A stretch of DNA of 64,000 nt from Alphaproteobacteria bacterium (lineage in GTDB: Bacteria > Pseudomonadota > Alphaproteobacteria > GCA-2746255): the NCBI GenBank assembly GCA_965249135.1, contig OZ252220.1:1184001-1248000 (forward strand), written 5' to 3'. The translations under genes were made by a program, and so were the position numbers. Positions 14,468-27,832 of this stretch are shown piece by piece (within the stretch, counting starts at the first letter, position 1; the number at the start of each line of letters is the position of its first letter). Under the pieces are notes generated by a model that saw nothing but the letters and a program-made list of their open reading frames with translations, did no database searches and was not told the origin of the DNA.

Positions 14468-16246
14468 TCAACCCTCTCCATGCTCCTCGGCGCGAGCGTG
14501 CAGCAGGGCCTGATTGTAGGCGCGGATCGCATCTTGCTCATAGAGGACGCCGATCAGACGCATCGTGTCGGTGTCATCGACGACCGGCAGGCTGTGTTCG
14601 TCCGAGCCCTCGAGGAGCTTGATCCCCTTCTCCAGATCGTCGCCCGCCTCCAGCACCATCGGATGGCGGTGCAGCAGATCGACGGCGTTCAAAAGCGCGT
14701 CGATCGAGGGGTCGAAGGCGCTTTCGCCGAGGTCGTTCAGCGCGATGGCGCCGAGGAAGCGGCCCGAGGAGCCGACGACGTAAACCTCGCCGCCCATGGT
14801 TTCCTTCAGCTTCTCGCGGATCTCGGCGACAGGGGCGACGGCACCGACGAAAGGATAGTCCGTTTGCATTACCTGGCGGATCGGAATGCCCCGAAGCAGG
14901 CCCTCGAGGCGGCCCACGTCCAGCTTCAGGCCTTCCCTCTCGAGCTGGCGCAAGAAGAAGGATTTGACCCCGGCCTCCCGCGTGATCACGGTGGCGATGA
15001 CCGTCGCCACCATCACGGCCATCGTAATCTCGTAGCTTCCCGTCAACTCGAAGACGATGAGGATCGTCGAAATGGGCGCGCCCAACACGGCCGCTGCCAC
15101 CGCGCTCATGCCAACAATCGTATAGGCGCCGTGGGTCGAGCCATATTCCGGAAAGACGCTGGCGGCGATGATGCCGAAGGCACCGCCAAGCATGGCGCCC
15201 AGGAAAAGGGACGGGCTGAACACGCCGCCGCCAAAGCCGCTGCCCAAGCAGAGCACCGTCGCCGCCGTCTTCGCGACGAGAAGGGCGATGAGAAGGGTCA
15301 AGCCCAGCGACTCGTTGAGCGCCGCGTTCGTCGCCCCGTAACCGACGCCAAGCACTTGCGGAAAGATGAGCGCGATGGCGCCGAGCGCAAGGCCGCCGAG
15401 CACCGGCCGCGCCCAGGCGGGCAAAGGGATCCGTTTCCACGTCCCATCGACGAGGAAGATCCCATGGATGAAGAGCAGGGCCACCAGCGCGCTGAGTGCG
15501 CCGAGAATCGCGAAGGCCGGAAATTCGAGGAAGGAAACGATCATGTAGTCCGGCACGACGAAGGCCGGGAAATCGCCGAAATGGATGCGGGAGATGATCG
15601 TGCCGGTGACGGACGCAATGACGATGGGCGCAAAGGCCCGAAGCGCGTAGTGGCCGAGGATGACCTCGAGCGCGAAGAAGACGCCGGCGATCGGCGCGTT
15701 GAACGAGGCGGCAACCGCCGAGGCCACCCCGCAAGCCAACAGCGTGAGCAGCAGCGACCGGCTCAAATGCAGGCGCTCCACCGTGTAGGCGGCAAGGGTA
15801 GCACCCAGATGGACGACCGGCCCTTCCCGTCCGACGGACCCGCCGACGCCGATCGAGGCGGCCGACGTAAACGCCGCCCCCAGGCCGGCCAGGAACGGCA
15901 TGCGCCCGCCGTGATAGGCGGTCGCCTCGATGACCTGGGCGACGCCCAAGGGCTTTCTCCCCGGCAGGACGTAGCGGACGAAGAGCCCGATGGCCAAACC
16001 GCCCAGCGTCGGCACCAGGAGCACCTGCCACCAGTGAAGGCCGGCGGCGGCGGCACTTAAGCTGTCCGGTCCGGCCCCGAAGAAGACACGATGAAAGAAG
16101 TGGATGAGTTCCCGAAAGCCGATGGCACCGACCGCCGTCACCGCCCCGATGACGACGGCAAGGATGGAAAGCACGACTTGATCGTTGCGGGTAAGCCGAC
16201 TGAGCCTTACGAGGGAGGTGCGGAAGCTGTCCTGGAGCCCGGCCAT
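14468..16246 (-). CDS. ClC family chloride channel/antiporter with CBS pair
   Basis: GREGP, FNAPIAG, GGVFSP motifs, many TM helices, C-terminal CBS domains. Confidence 0.93.
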   Translation of the reverse strand: MAGLQDSFRTSLVRLSRLTRNDQVVLSILAVVIGAVTAVGAIGFRELIHFFHRVFFGAGPDSLSAAAAGLHWWQVLLVPTLGGLAIGLFVRYVLPGRKPLGVAQVIEATAYHGGRMPFLAGLGAAFTSAASIGVGGSVGREGPVVHLGATLAAYTVERLHLSRSLLLTLLACGVASAVAASFNAPIAGVFFALEVILGHYALRAFAPIVIASVTGTIISRIHFGDFPAFVVPDYMIVSFLEFPAFAILGALSALVALLFIHGIFLVDGTWKRIPLPAWARPVLGGLALGAIALIFPQVLGVGYGATNAALNESLGLTLLIALLVAKTAATVLCLGSGFGGGVFSPSLFLGAMLGGAFGIIAASVFPEYGSTHGAYTIVGMSAVAAAVLGAPISTILIVFELTGSYEITMAVMVATVIATVITREAGVKSFFLRQLEREGLKLDVGRLEGLLRGIPIRQVMQTDYPFVGAVAPVAEIREKLKETMGGEVYVVGSSGRFLGAIALNDLGESAFDPSIDALLNAVDLLHRHPMVLEAGDDLEKGIKLLEGSDEHSLPVVDDTDTMRLIGVLYEQDAIRAYNQALLHARAEEHGEG

Positions 16247-16255
16247 TCTCAACGC

Positions 16256-16765
16256 CTATCCGGACGTGCGCGCATGCTTGCCTTTCAGCGCAATGTGCCG
16301 GCCCGCCTGTTCCGGAATGGGCAGCGTCGAATGGGCCTTCCGGATGTCTTCCAATCGCGCGAGCACGTCATCCGGGAACGGCATCGCGGCACGTTCCGCC
16401 ATGTCGACATGGATGGCCATCAGTTCCTGGGTCGCCGATAGATAATTTTTCTTGGATTGGTGGAGTTCGAAGAAAAGGTGGATGCGTTTCGGATCAAAGC
16501 CGAGCAGCCGGGTCGTGACGTGCAGGGGATCGCCGACACGAAGTTCGCGCTTGTAGACGACGTGGGATTCGACCGCGAAGACGGAACGGCCATGGGCCTT
16601 CACGTATTTCGGCCCGACGCCGATGAAGGCCCACCAGAGCTCCGTCGCATCGTCGAAGGCCCGCGTGTAGTAGGTGACGTTCATGTGGCCGTTGAAGTCG
16701 AGCCAGTTTTCCTCGACTTGGCTGCGAAACTCGCAAAACGGCGTCGGGGTGACGGCGGCGTCCAT
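16256..16765 (-). CDS. Thioesterase (4HBT/hotdog family)
   Basis: WLDFNGHMNVTYY motif; AAGGAG RBS. Confidence 0.88.
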   Translation of the reverse strand: MDAAVTPTPFCEFRSQVEENWLDFNGHMNVTYYTRAFDDATELWWAFIGVGPKYVKAHGRSVFAVESHVVYKRELRVGDPLHVTTRLLGFDPKRIHLFFELHQSKKNYLSATQELMAIHVDMAERAAMPFPDDVLARLEDIRKAHSTLPIPEQAGRHIALKGKHARTSG

Positions 16766-16911
16766 GGGCTCTCCTTTTCGCGTGCCCGCCGACTATAGCG
16801 AATATTGGAACACGTTGAAAACGTAGATGATATAACCGTGGTCCAAGCTATTAGCACGTGCAGAGCGCTGAACTCGCCATAAAATGAGTTTTCGGGTCTG
16901 GAGAAGGAACG

Positions 16912-17616
16912 ATGGATGTTAAGGCAGATGCTTTGACCGTGGCTTCTCAAACACTCCTTCAGAAACTTTGGCAGTGGGTTTTAGAAATTCCAGGAGAGAC
17001 TATCGCAATTGTAATTGCGGCTCTCGCTTTATGGGTGAGTGTGCAGTCCGTACGAATGGCCCGTAAGTCTTCAGAAACGAATATTTTACTGCCGTTTCAA
17101 CAACAATATGGAAGCTCCGAATTCGAAAGTGCAATGCGCCTTCTTGACCGCTTTGAGCGCGAACCGAATCAATCATTAAATCCCGATCCACTCCCCTCGC
17201 TACAAAGAATGGCCGCTCATCGTGAAAATCCAGAAGGGGAAGAATTCGCGGCGGCTGAAAAATATATGAGATGGGTCCGAGTAAATGGCCAAGTAGCAGT
17301 CCCAGTACATGATGCCCGCCGCTTAATTAACAACTTCTATCGACGCGCCTACCAATTGTATGAAGCGGGATATTTGGGAGAGAAGGCTTATGCAATAATT
17401 GCCGACATGGAAAGGATACGATTGCTTTTTCGGGTCTGTGAGCCTCTTACACTCGCTACACAGTTCGTGAGAATTGACAATTCAGACGAAAATGCATTTC
17501 GGCAAGAAAGTGGGAGGGCGTTCGAATGGTATGATGAGTTCTGGTGCTTTTGTCTTCGCTATCGAAACCGCCCTATGCCTACCGACTTGCCACGGGCAAA
17601 TCGTCTTTGTCAGTGA
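16912..17616 (+). CDS. Hypothetical protein with N-terminal TM helix (DUF4760-like architecture)
   Basis: 234-aa ORF in AT-rich DNA, AAGGAA RBS, TM IAIVIAALALWVSV followed by a helical domain; family is a guess. Confidence 0.7.
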   Translation: MDVKADALTVASQTLLQKLWQWVLEIPGETIAIVIAALALWVSVQSVRMARKSSETNILLPFQQQYGSSEFESAMRLLDRFEREPNQSLNPDPLPSLQRMAAHRENPEGEEFAAAEKYMRWVRVNGQVAVPVHDARRLINNFYRRAYQLYEAGYLGEKAYAIIADMERIRLLFRVCEPLTLATQFVRIDNSDENAFRQESGRAFEWYDEFWCFCLRYRNRPMPTDLPRANRLCQ

Positions 17617-17680
17617 AGGATCGGGTTGCCATTCCTGCAAGAGAAAATCAGAAGTGCTCACAGGTGATTTGGTCTGACCT

Positions 17681-18229
17681 ATGAAACGCTTTTTTGATTG
17701 GGTACTAACATCTCAACTGCTCAGCGCCCTAATAGGTGCCGCGGTTGGTGCCATAACGGCATTTTTAGGTACATATTACTTGGAGATTAAAGATCGGGAC
17801 TAGACTAGGGTCAGTTTGGCAGCGGCCTTTGTGGGAGAAATTTCGGCGATCATAGAATTTCAGAACACGGAATACCTCAAAAGTCTTCTAAGCGATTTAG
17901 ATAAGAAGGCCTGGAAACCAATCGACGAACCCCCTGAACGACTTTTCAATGTATACGAAGCCGCTGCTCCTAACTTGGGACTTTTGGAAGCAAAAATTGT
18001 GGAGAAGATTACCAAGTTTTACTGGTTAAAAAACGAGGAGAGAGGAAAGGAGCGAACTCTGGGAAAGCATCCCCAAGGCTACATGGAATTTGAGTCTCCG
18101 GATAAGAAAATCTTCCTCAAAGCATACATAAAATTGAATGAACGACTGCAACGAGACGGACAGGAAATCATCAACATATTGCGTTCTCGATATGACCTAG
18201 AAAACGAACAAGCCGGAGATGGCCAATAA
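17681..18229 (+). pseudogene. Single-TM hypothetical protein interrupted by in-frame TAG at 17801-17803
   Basis: MKRFFDW..LIGAAVGAITAFLG..KDRD*TRVSLAAAFVGEISAII continues in frame into ORF 17816-18229, ending TAA. Confidence 0.7.
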
Positions 18230-18234
18230 GTAGC

Positions 18235-18687
18235 TCATGTATTGTTTAAGTCCTCGTCATGCGTTCTAGCATATCGTTTCTTCGCGGCTCGAGTATCTAG
18301 ATAACCAACAAGACCAAACAACGCGAACACCGCAGCAAATATAAGCGGTACTACGGCGAGCGAGATAGGCACGGTAAATGCAAGATAGATGGAGCTACCA
18401 ATCAGTAATGCAACGAACCCCTAGTACATTCGACCGCGCCATTGTTGATACGCAACCCTAACTGGTTGGGAAATCTATTCCAGAAATCTATCGAGTGGTC
18501 GGAAAACCCATCCCAGAAGCCAGACGAGTCCTTCTCCGACCTTGCCTAAGGCTTGGCCAAGCCCTACCGGCGCCCACAAAACAAGCCACAAACCGAATAG
18601 GGCAGCTAAAAACCAAAGTACTGGGACTAAGAATCCAAACCCCGTCAGTAAAACGAACAAAATGATGACAAGCAGAAGGTTTGTCAT
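18235..18687 (-). pseudogene. Multi-TM hypothetical protein interrupted by two in-frame TAGs (18475-18477, 18421-18423)
   Basis: Hydrophobic frame continues ..FLE*ISQP..RMY*GFVALLIGSSIYLAF..LFGLVGYLDTRAAKKRY.. to TGA at 18235-18237. Confidence 0.68.
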
Positions 18688-18861
18688 TTCTCGGTCGCCA
18701 CAAATACCTATGCTCTATTCGACCCGAATCACGGTCAGTACCCGTGAAGTGGAACCCTCAATCCATTGCATTCAATGAGAGGGACAGTTCCTTACGAAGA
18801 GTTTCTTATCTTTCTAACCCAAGTCAATATTCTCGCACTCTCTTTCGACTATAGCGAATAA

Positions 18862-22553
<3,692 letters not shown>

Positions 22554-22557
<4 letters not shown>

Positions 22558-23486
22558 TCGCCCTTTCCTTCTTCCGGCGCTTCCGACGTCGGGCGCGCGC
22601 CAAGGACGTGGCTGATCGCGTAAGTGAGATCCGCCCGGTTGAGCGTATAGAAATGAAATTCATCGATGCCCCGGGCCTGCAGGAGCCGACACTGTTCGGC
22701 GGCGACCGCCGCGCCGACGAGTTTCCGCGTCTCCGGGTCGTCACCGAGTCCCTCGAAGAGGTCGTAGAGCCAGGCCGGAACCGTCGTGCCGCACATCGCA
22801 CTGAAGCGCACGATCTGGGCGAAGTTCGAGACCGGCATGATGCCGGGCACGACCGGCACGGTGATCCCGGCGGCGCGCACGCGGTCCAGAAAACGGAAAT
22901 AGACGTCGACGTCGAAGAAGTACTGGGTGATCGCACGCGCCGCGCCCGCATCCACTTTACGTTTCAGATTCTCGAGATCAGCGTCAGCATTGGGCGCTTC
23001 CGGGTGGGTCTCCGGATAGGCGGCGACGGAAATTTCGAAATCGGCGACCCGTTTCAAGCCTTCGACGAGGTCGACCGCGTAAGGGTAGCCGCCCGGGTGC
23101 GGGGCGTAGCGCTCGACTTCTTCCGGCGGATCGCCGCGCAGCGCCACGACATGCCGGATCCCGGATTCCCAATAGCTGCGGGCAACGTGATCGACCTCGT
23201 CGCGGGTGGCGGCGATGCAGGTGAGGTGGGCGGCGGGTTCCAGGTCCGTCTCGTGGCGGATGCGGGTCACCGTCTGGTGGGTGCGCTCGCGGGTGCTACC
23301 GCCAGCCCCGTAGGTCACCGAGACGAAGCGCGGATGAAGCGGCGCCAGGCGCAGGACGGCGGCCCAGAGCTTGGCCGCCATTTCTTCCGTCTTCGGCGGG
23401 AAGAACTCGAAGGAAAGCTTCGGCGCCGGCGCATTGGTGAGCGCGAATGGGAGCGGCGGCGTTTGCATGACCGACGGTCGCGTCAT
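22554..23486 (-). CDS. metF: 5,10-methylenetetrahydrofolate reductase
   Basis: [38 protein letters not shown]. Confidence 0.97.
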
Positions 23487-24460
23487 GCCGCCCTCCCCTC
23501 ACTTGCGCCTGCCCCGGCGCGCGAGGCGGCGCGCCAAAGGGCTACCGTGAGCGGCTTGCCCGGCAGGGTTTTCTGAAGGCCGGGCTTGAGCCCCGCGGCC
23601 TTGAGCCAGGCCTGGATCTCGTCGTTCCGAAAGCCCAGGCGGCGATGGGCGTGCACTTTTCGCAACGCTTCGTGATCATGGGGCGCGAAATCGACGATGA
23701 CGAGCCGGCCCTCGGGTCTCAGCACGCGGGCCGCCTCACGGATCGCGTCCGCCGGGCGGTCCGCATAATGGAGGACCTGGTGAATCGTCACCAGATCGAA
23801 GGCGCGATCCGGCAGGGGAAGCTGGTACATGTCCGCCTGACGCACCTGGCAATGGTCGAGATGCGTCTTTTCGAGCCGCGCCCGGGCGATCGCCAGCATC
23901 TCGCGCGAGAGGTCGATGCCAAGCGCGCGTTCGAAGTGCGGTGCAAAGACCTCGAGGATGCGGCCGGTGCCGGTGCCGATGTCGAGCAGGTTTCGCCGAC
24001 GCGTCTTCGCAAGCCCCTTGAGGCCAAGCATCAGCATCGCTTCCTCGACTTGCGTCTCCGCCACATGGAGGGAGCGGAGCGTTTCCCACTCGGCGGCGTT
24101 CTGCCGGAAGTAATTGGCCGCCGCCTTCGCGCGGCCGTGTTTCACATGGGCGAAGCGGTCGCGGTCACGGCGAAGCTCGGCATCGGCGTTGAGAAGGGAG
24201 ACCAGGTGCCGCGCAAGTTCCGCCCCCTCGCCATCGGAGGCCAGCCGGTAGAAGGTCCAGCTTCCTTCTGGTGAGCGCTCGAGCAGGCCGGCATCGGTCA
24301 AAAGTTTCAGGTGGCGCGAGACCCGGGGCTGGCTTTGGCCGAGGATCTGGGTGAGCTCGCTGACCGTAAGCTCGCCGGCCGCACAAAGGGCGAGCAGACG
24401 AAGCCGGGTCGGTTCCGCCGCCGAGCGCAGCCCCGCCAGCAATTGCGCACGCTTTACCAT
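23483..24460 (-). CDS. sahR: ArsR-HTH plus SAM-methyltransferase fusion regulator (SahR type)
   Basis: ArsR HTH (SQPRVSRHLKLL) fused to LDIGTGTG SAM-binding domain; heads the metF-metH operon. Confidence 0.85.
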   Translation of the reverse strand: MVKRAQLLAGLRSAAEPTRLRLLALCAAGELTVSELTQILGQSQPRVSRHLKLLTDAGLLERSPEGSWTFYRLASDGEGAELARHLVSLLNADAELRRDRDRFAHVKHGRAKAAANYFRQNAAEWETLRSLHVAETQVEEAMLMLGLKGLAKTRRRNLLDIGTGTGRILEVFAPHFERALGIDLSREMLAIARARLEKTHLDHCQVRQADMYQLPLPDRAFDLVTIHQVLHYADRPADAIREAARVLRPEGRLVIVDFAPHDHEALRKVHAHRRLGFRNDEIQAWLKAAGLKPGLQKTLPGKPLTVALWRAASRAGAGASEGRAA

Positions 24461-24513
24461 CTCGCCCCCTTAAAGGCGTTTCGTCGGGCTGGAATCAGCC
24501 ATTGGCCATATAT

Positions 24514-24529
24514 ATAAATATATCTTTAT
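24514..24529. promoter_or_regulatory. Candidate SahR operator ATAAATATATCTTTAT
   Basis: Near-palindrome, one change from ATAAAGATATCTTTAT, 54 bp upstream of sahR; extra half-site TCTTTAT at 24531-24537. Confidence 0.65.
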
Positions 24530-24754
24530 GTCTTTATCAAGTAGAACTTGCCAGGCGCCTGAGAGGCGCGCAGCGCTTTAAGCAAACGGCAAGTTTTAGG
24601 GGATAGATGTAGGGAAGCCGTGGTTTTGAAGGCAGTTGATTTCTCTGCGGTGCTGCGTAATCTATACGGTCCGACCGAGGCGGTCGGGCCTTGCGAGCCG
24701 GGAGGCATTGAGGGAGTCCCACTACCAGGAGGAAGCGCGAAGGTCGCGCCAGGA

Positions 24755-25402
24755 ATGATGCCGTTGAGTCGTCTTTTTCGTTCTTGTCTGTTTTTGTTTT
24801 TGGTCATCGTTCTCGCGCTTGCGGGAAGGCCGGTGGCGGCCGTCGATGCCGAAAAGGCATCGAGTTTCGTCGATGGTCTTGGAGCGACGGCCATCAACAC
24901 CCTGACCGAACCGGAGCTCGAAGATTCAGTCCGCCAGGCACGGTTCCGCAAACTCTTCCGTGAAAACTTCGACCTGCCGACCATCACCCGCTTCGTGCTT
25001 GGGCGTTACTGGCCCCAGGCGACGGAGGCACAACGGCAGGAATTCCAAGCCCTCTTGGAGGACTACATCGTGCTGGCCAACGCCAACCGCTTCAAGGGCT
25101 ACGAAGGCGAAATCTTCGAGGTAAACGAGGTGCGACTGCATGGCGATAAAGACGCGATCGTCTACACCCGGATTGTTCGAGACTCAGCGGCGCCCGTGCG
25201 CGTCGACTGGCGGGTGCACCGGCCAAATGATGGCTTCAAGGTCATCGACGTCGCCGTCGAAGGCTTGAGCATGGTGCTGACCCACCGAAACGAGTTTTCC
25301 ACCGTCATCCAGCGCTCGGCGAACGGCATCGACGGGCTGCTCGAGACGCTGCGTCAGAAGACGGAAGGGATGAACCGGGAGAACCTGGCCGCGTCGGGTT
25401 AA
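24755..25402 (+). CDS. MlaC/Ttg2D family phospholipid-binding periplasmic protein
   Basis: Signal peptide, FDLPTITRFVLGRYW, KVIDVAVEGLSM..RNEF. Confidence 0.88.
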   Translation: MMPLSRLFRSCLFLFLVIVLALAGRPVAAVDAEKASSFVDGLGATAINTLTEPELEDSVRQARFRKLFRENFDLPTITRFVLGRYWPQATEAQRQEFQALLEDYIVLANANRFKGYEGEIFEVNEVRLHGDKDAIVYTRIVRDSAAPVRVDWRVHRPNDGFKVIDVAVEGLSMVLTHRNEFSTVIQRSANGIDGLLETLRQKTEGMNRENLAASG

Positions 25403-25596
25403 GAGGGGCGGCCTGGCCGCGCTGGATCCTTAAGCCCGCCGAAGATCCCCCCAAAGGATTAACCCGCCTGCACACGCAGGCACTGAATTTCCGCCGAACC
25501 TCCTAGAACATAAAGATTAACGCCTTCCGGTTACGGTCAGAAATTTACGAATCTCTAATCATGTTCTCGTAGAAATTCGTCCATCTCCCGCCGCCA

Positions 25597-27739
25597 TTGG
25601 CCACGCCGGCCAAGGATGGTTTCGTGAAGCCCACGCACGCACAACTTTTGACATCCGTCCTGGCGCCCGTTTACCGCGGCCTGCCACTGATGGCGCTCAT
25701 GAACGCCGTCGTCGCGGCGCTCGTCGTGGGCTTTCTATACACCGAGATCGTACCGGCGACGCTGGCCACTTGGCTTGGCGGCATCCTCCTCGTTTCGGCG
25801 GCGCGTCTCATGCTTTGGCAACGGCAGCGGCGGACGCCGATGACGCCGTCGAACGCGCGGCTATGGGCCAACCTTCTCGTGCTCAGCGCCGGCGCCTCGG
25901 GCATCGTGTGGGGGGCCGCCGGCGTCGTCTTTTTCCTCCCGGACAGTCCCTTCCTTCAAGTCTTCATCATTCTCGTTCTCGGCGGCATGGCGGCCGGTGC
26001 GGCTGGCCACCTCCAGCCAGTACGCGCCGACTTTCTATGCCTTTGTGCTGACCGCCGCTTTGCCGTTGGAGTTTCGTGTCGCCATGGTCGGCGATCCGTT
26101 CTACCTGACGATGGGGGTGTTGATCGGGCTCTACCTCGCCGTCATGCTGGTCTTGAGCCATCGCATCGGAAAATCCTTCGCCGACGTCATTGCGCTTGAA
26201 CTGGGGCGCGACGCAGCCGCGATTCAATTTCAGGATTTCGCCGAGGTGAGTTCCGACTGGTTCTGGGAGATGGATGTCGAGCTTCGGCTTTCCTATATCT
26301 CCCGGCAGATGACAAAAACGGGTGGCCTCAACCCTGCCGTTCTACTCGGCAAGCAACCGAATGAAATTCTGCAATACCGGTCCGATCCGAAAGACTGGAA
26401 ACAACTGCAGGATGACCTTGCCCATCGGCGCCCTTTCCGAAACTTCGTCTGCCATTATCCGACACCGACGGGCGGGAACCACTATTTCCAGATGAGTGGC
26501 AAGCCGTTGTTCGAAGACGGCGATCGCTTCATCGGCTATCGCGGCGTGGCCACGGACATCACCGCGGAGCGGCTGGCGGAGGATGCGGCTCGCGAAGAGC
26601 AGGAACGGCTGCAGGAGACGATCGACAACGTCTTTGACGGCATCGTCACCATTGACGAGGACGGTCGCATCCAGTCCGTCAACTCGGCCGTCACCCAGAT
26701 GTTTGGCTACACGGAAGAAGAATGCATCGGCTTGCCCTTCTTCGAGGCCTTCGTTCCGATGAGCTGCGAAACCAGCGGTCCCTCCGGAGGTGGTCTCACC
26801 GCCAGCCTGCAAAATCTGAACGCGGCCAGCTCGATCCGCGAGAACGTCGCACTTCGCAAGGATGGTTCGATCTTTTATGTCGACCTCGTCATGAGCCGAA
26901 TGATGTATAGCGGAGAAGAGGTGCGAATCGCGGTCGTGCGCGACATCACCCAGCAGAAGGAGCTTCATGTCCAACTGCTCCAGGCATCGAAGCTCGGCAT
27001 CCTCGGTGAAATGGCGGCAGGCGTCACCCACGAACTGAGCCAGCCGCTGAACGTCATCCGGATGGCGGCGGAAAATGTCCTGTTGCGCCTAGAGGTCGGG
27101 AACGTGGACCCAGAATTCGCCTACGGCAAATTCCGGGTGATCGCCGAGCAGTCCGAAAGAATGGGGGAAACGATCAACCACCTGCGCGTGTTCAGCCGAG
27201 AGGACAGCGATCGGACGGAACGCTTCTATGTGAGCTGGATTGTCGAACGGGCCGTGCAGCTTATCGAAAACCCATTCGCCTTGGAAAATATCCGGATCGC
27301 GACTGAAATTCCCAACAAGCCCGTATCGGTGAAGGGAAGCGTGAGCCGGCTCGAGCAGGTGCTGCTTAGCCTGCTCTACAACGCGAGGGATTCGATTCTG
27401 GAACGGTGGCGCGAGGAGCAAGGCGTGCCGCAAAAGGGCGAAATCACGATTCGGGTGCGCACCAGCCAGGACAAACAAACGGTACGGATCGTGATCCAAG
27501 ACGATGGCCTCGGCATTCTCCCTGAGAATCTGGACCGGGTCTTCGACCCTTCCTTCACGACGAAGGAAGGCGGCAAGGTTTCGGGCCTTGGGTTGTTCAT
27601 CGTCCATGGCATCGTGACGGCCATGAGCGGCGAAATCACCGTCGCGAACGGGCCGATCGGCACGCGATTCGAGATCACACTCCCGCGCGCCATCGGCGCG
27701 GACGCCCAGCCCATGGGCGCCCGGCTCTTGGGCGGCTAA
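25597..27739 (+). pseudogene. Membrane PAS-PAS sensor histidine kinase with +1 frameshift near 26002
   Basis: ORFs 25597-26199 and 25997-27739 join at GGT GCG g CTG GCC by comparison with the adjacent paralog; H-box HELSQPL; HATPase motifs partly degenerate. Confidence 0.8.
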
Positions 27740-27832
27740 GCTTCGCTTTCATCCCGTCCGTTTTGGGGTAAACTCAAGGTCGGTTCGCCTTGAGAATGCA
27801 GTAAGCCTTGCCGAGCCATCACGCGCGAAGTC

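Larger units (their letters stand above)
16790..18860. mobile_element. AT-rich foreign islet flanked by perfect 15-bp direct repeat CGACTATAGCGAATA
   Basis: Repeat at 16790-16804 and 18846-18860; composition visibly shifts between them; no integrase or transposase inside. Confidence 0.8.

Noticed and set aside
14393-16060. Long antisense or alternate-frame ORFs (e.g. 555 aa here; also 42833-44281, 50982-52649, 55828-57510)
   Set aside because: Shadows of real high-GC genes: Arg/Gly-rich, motif-free and fully overlapping
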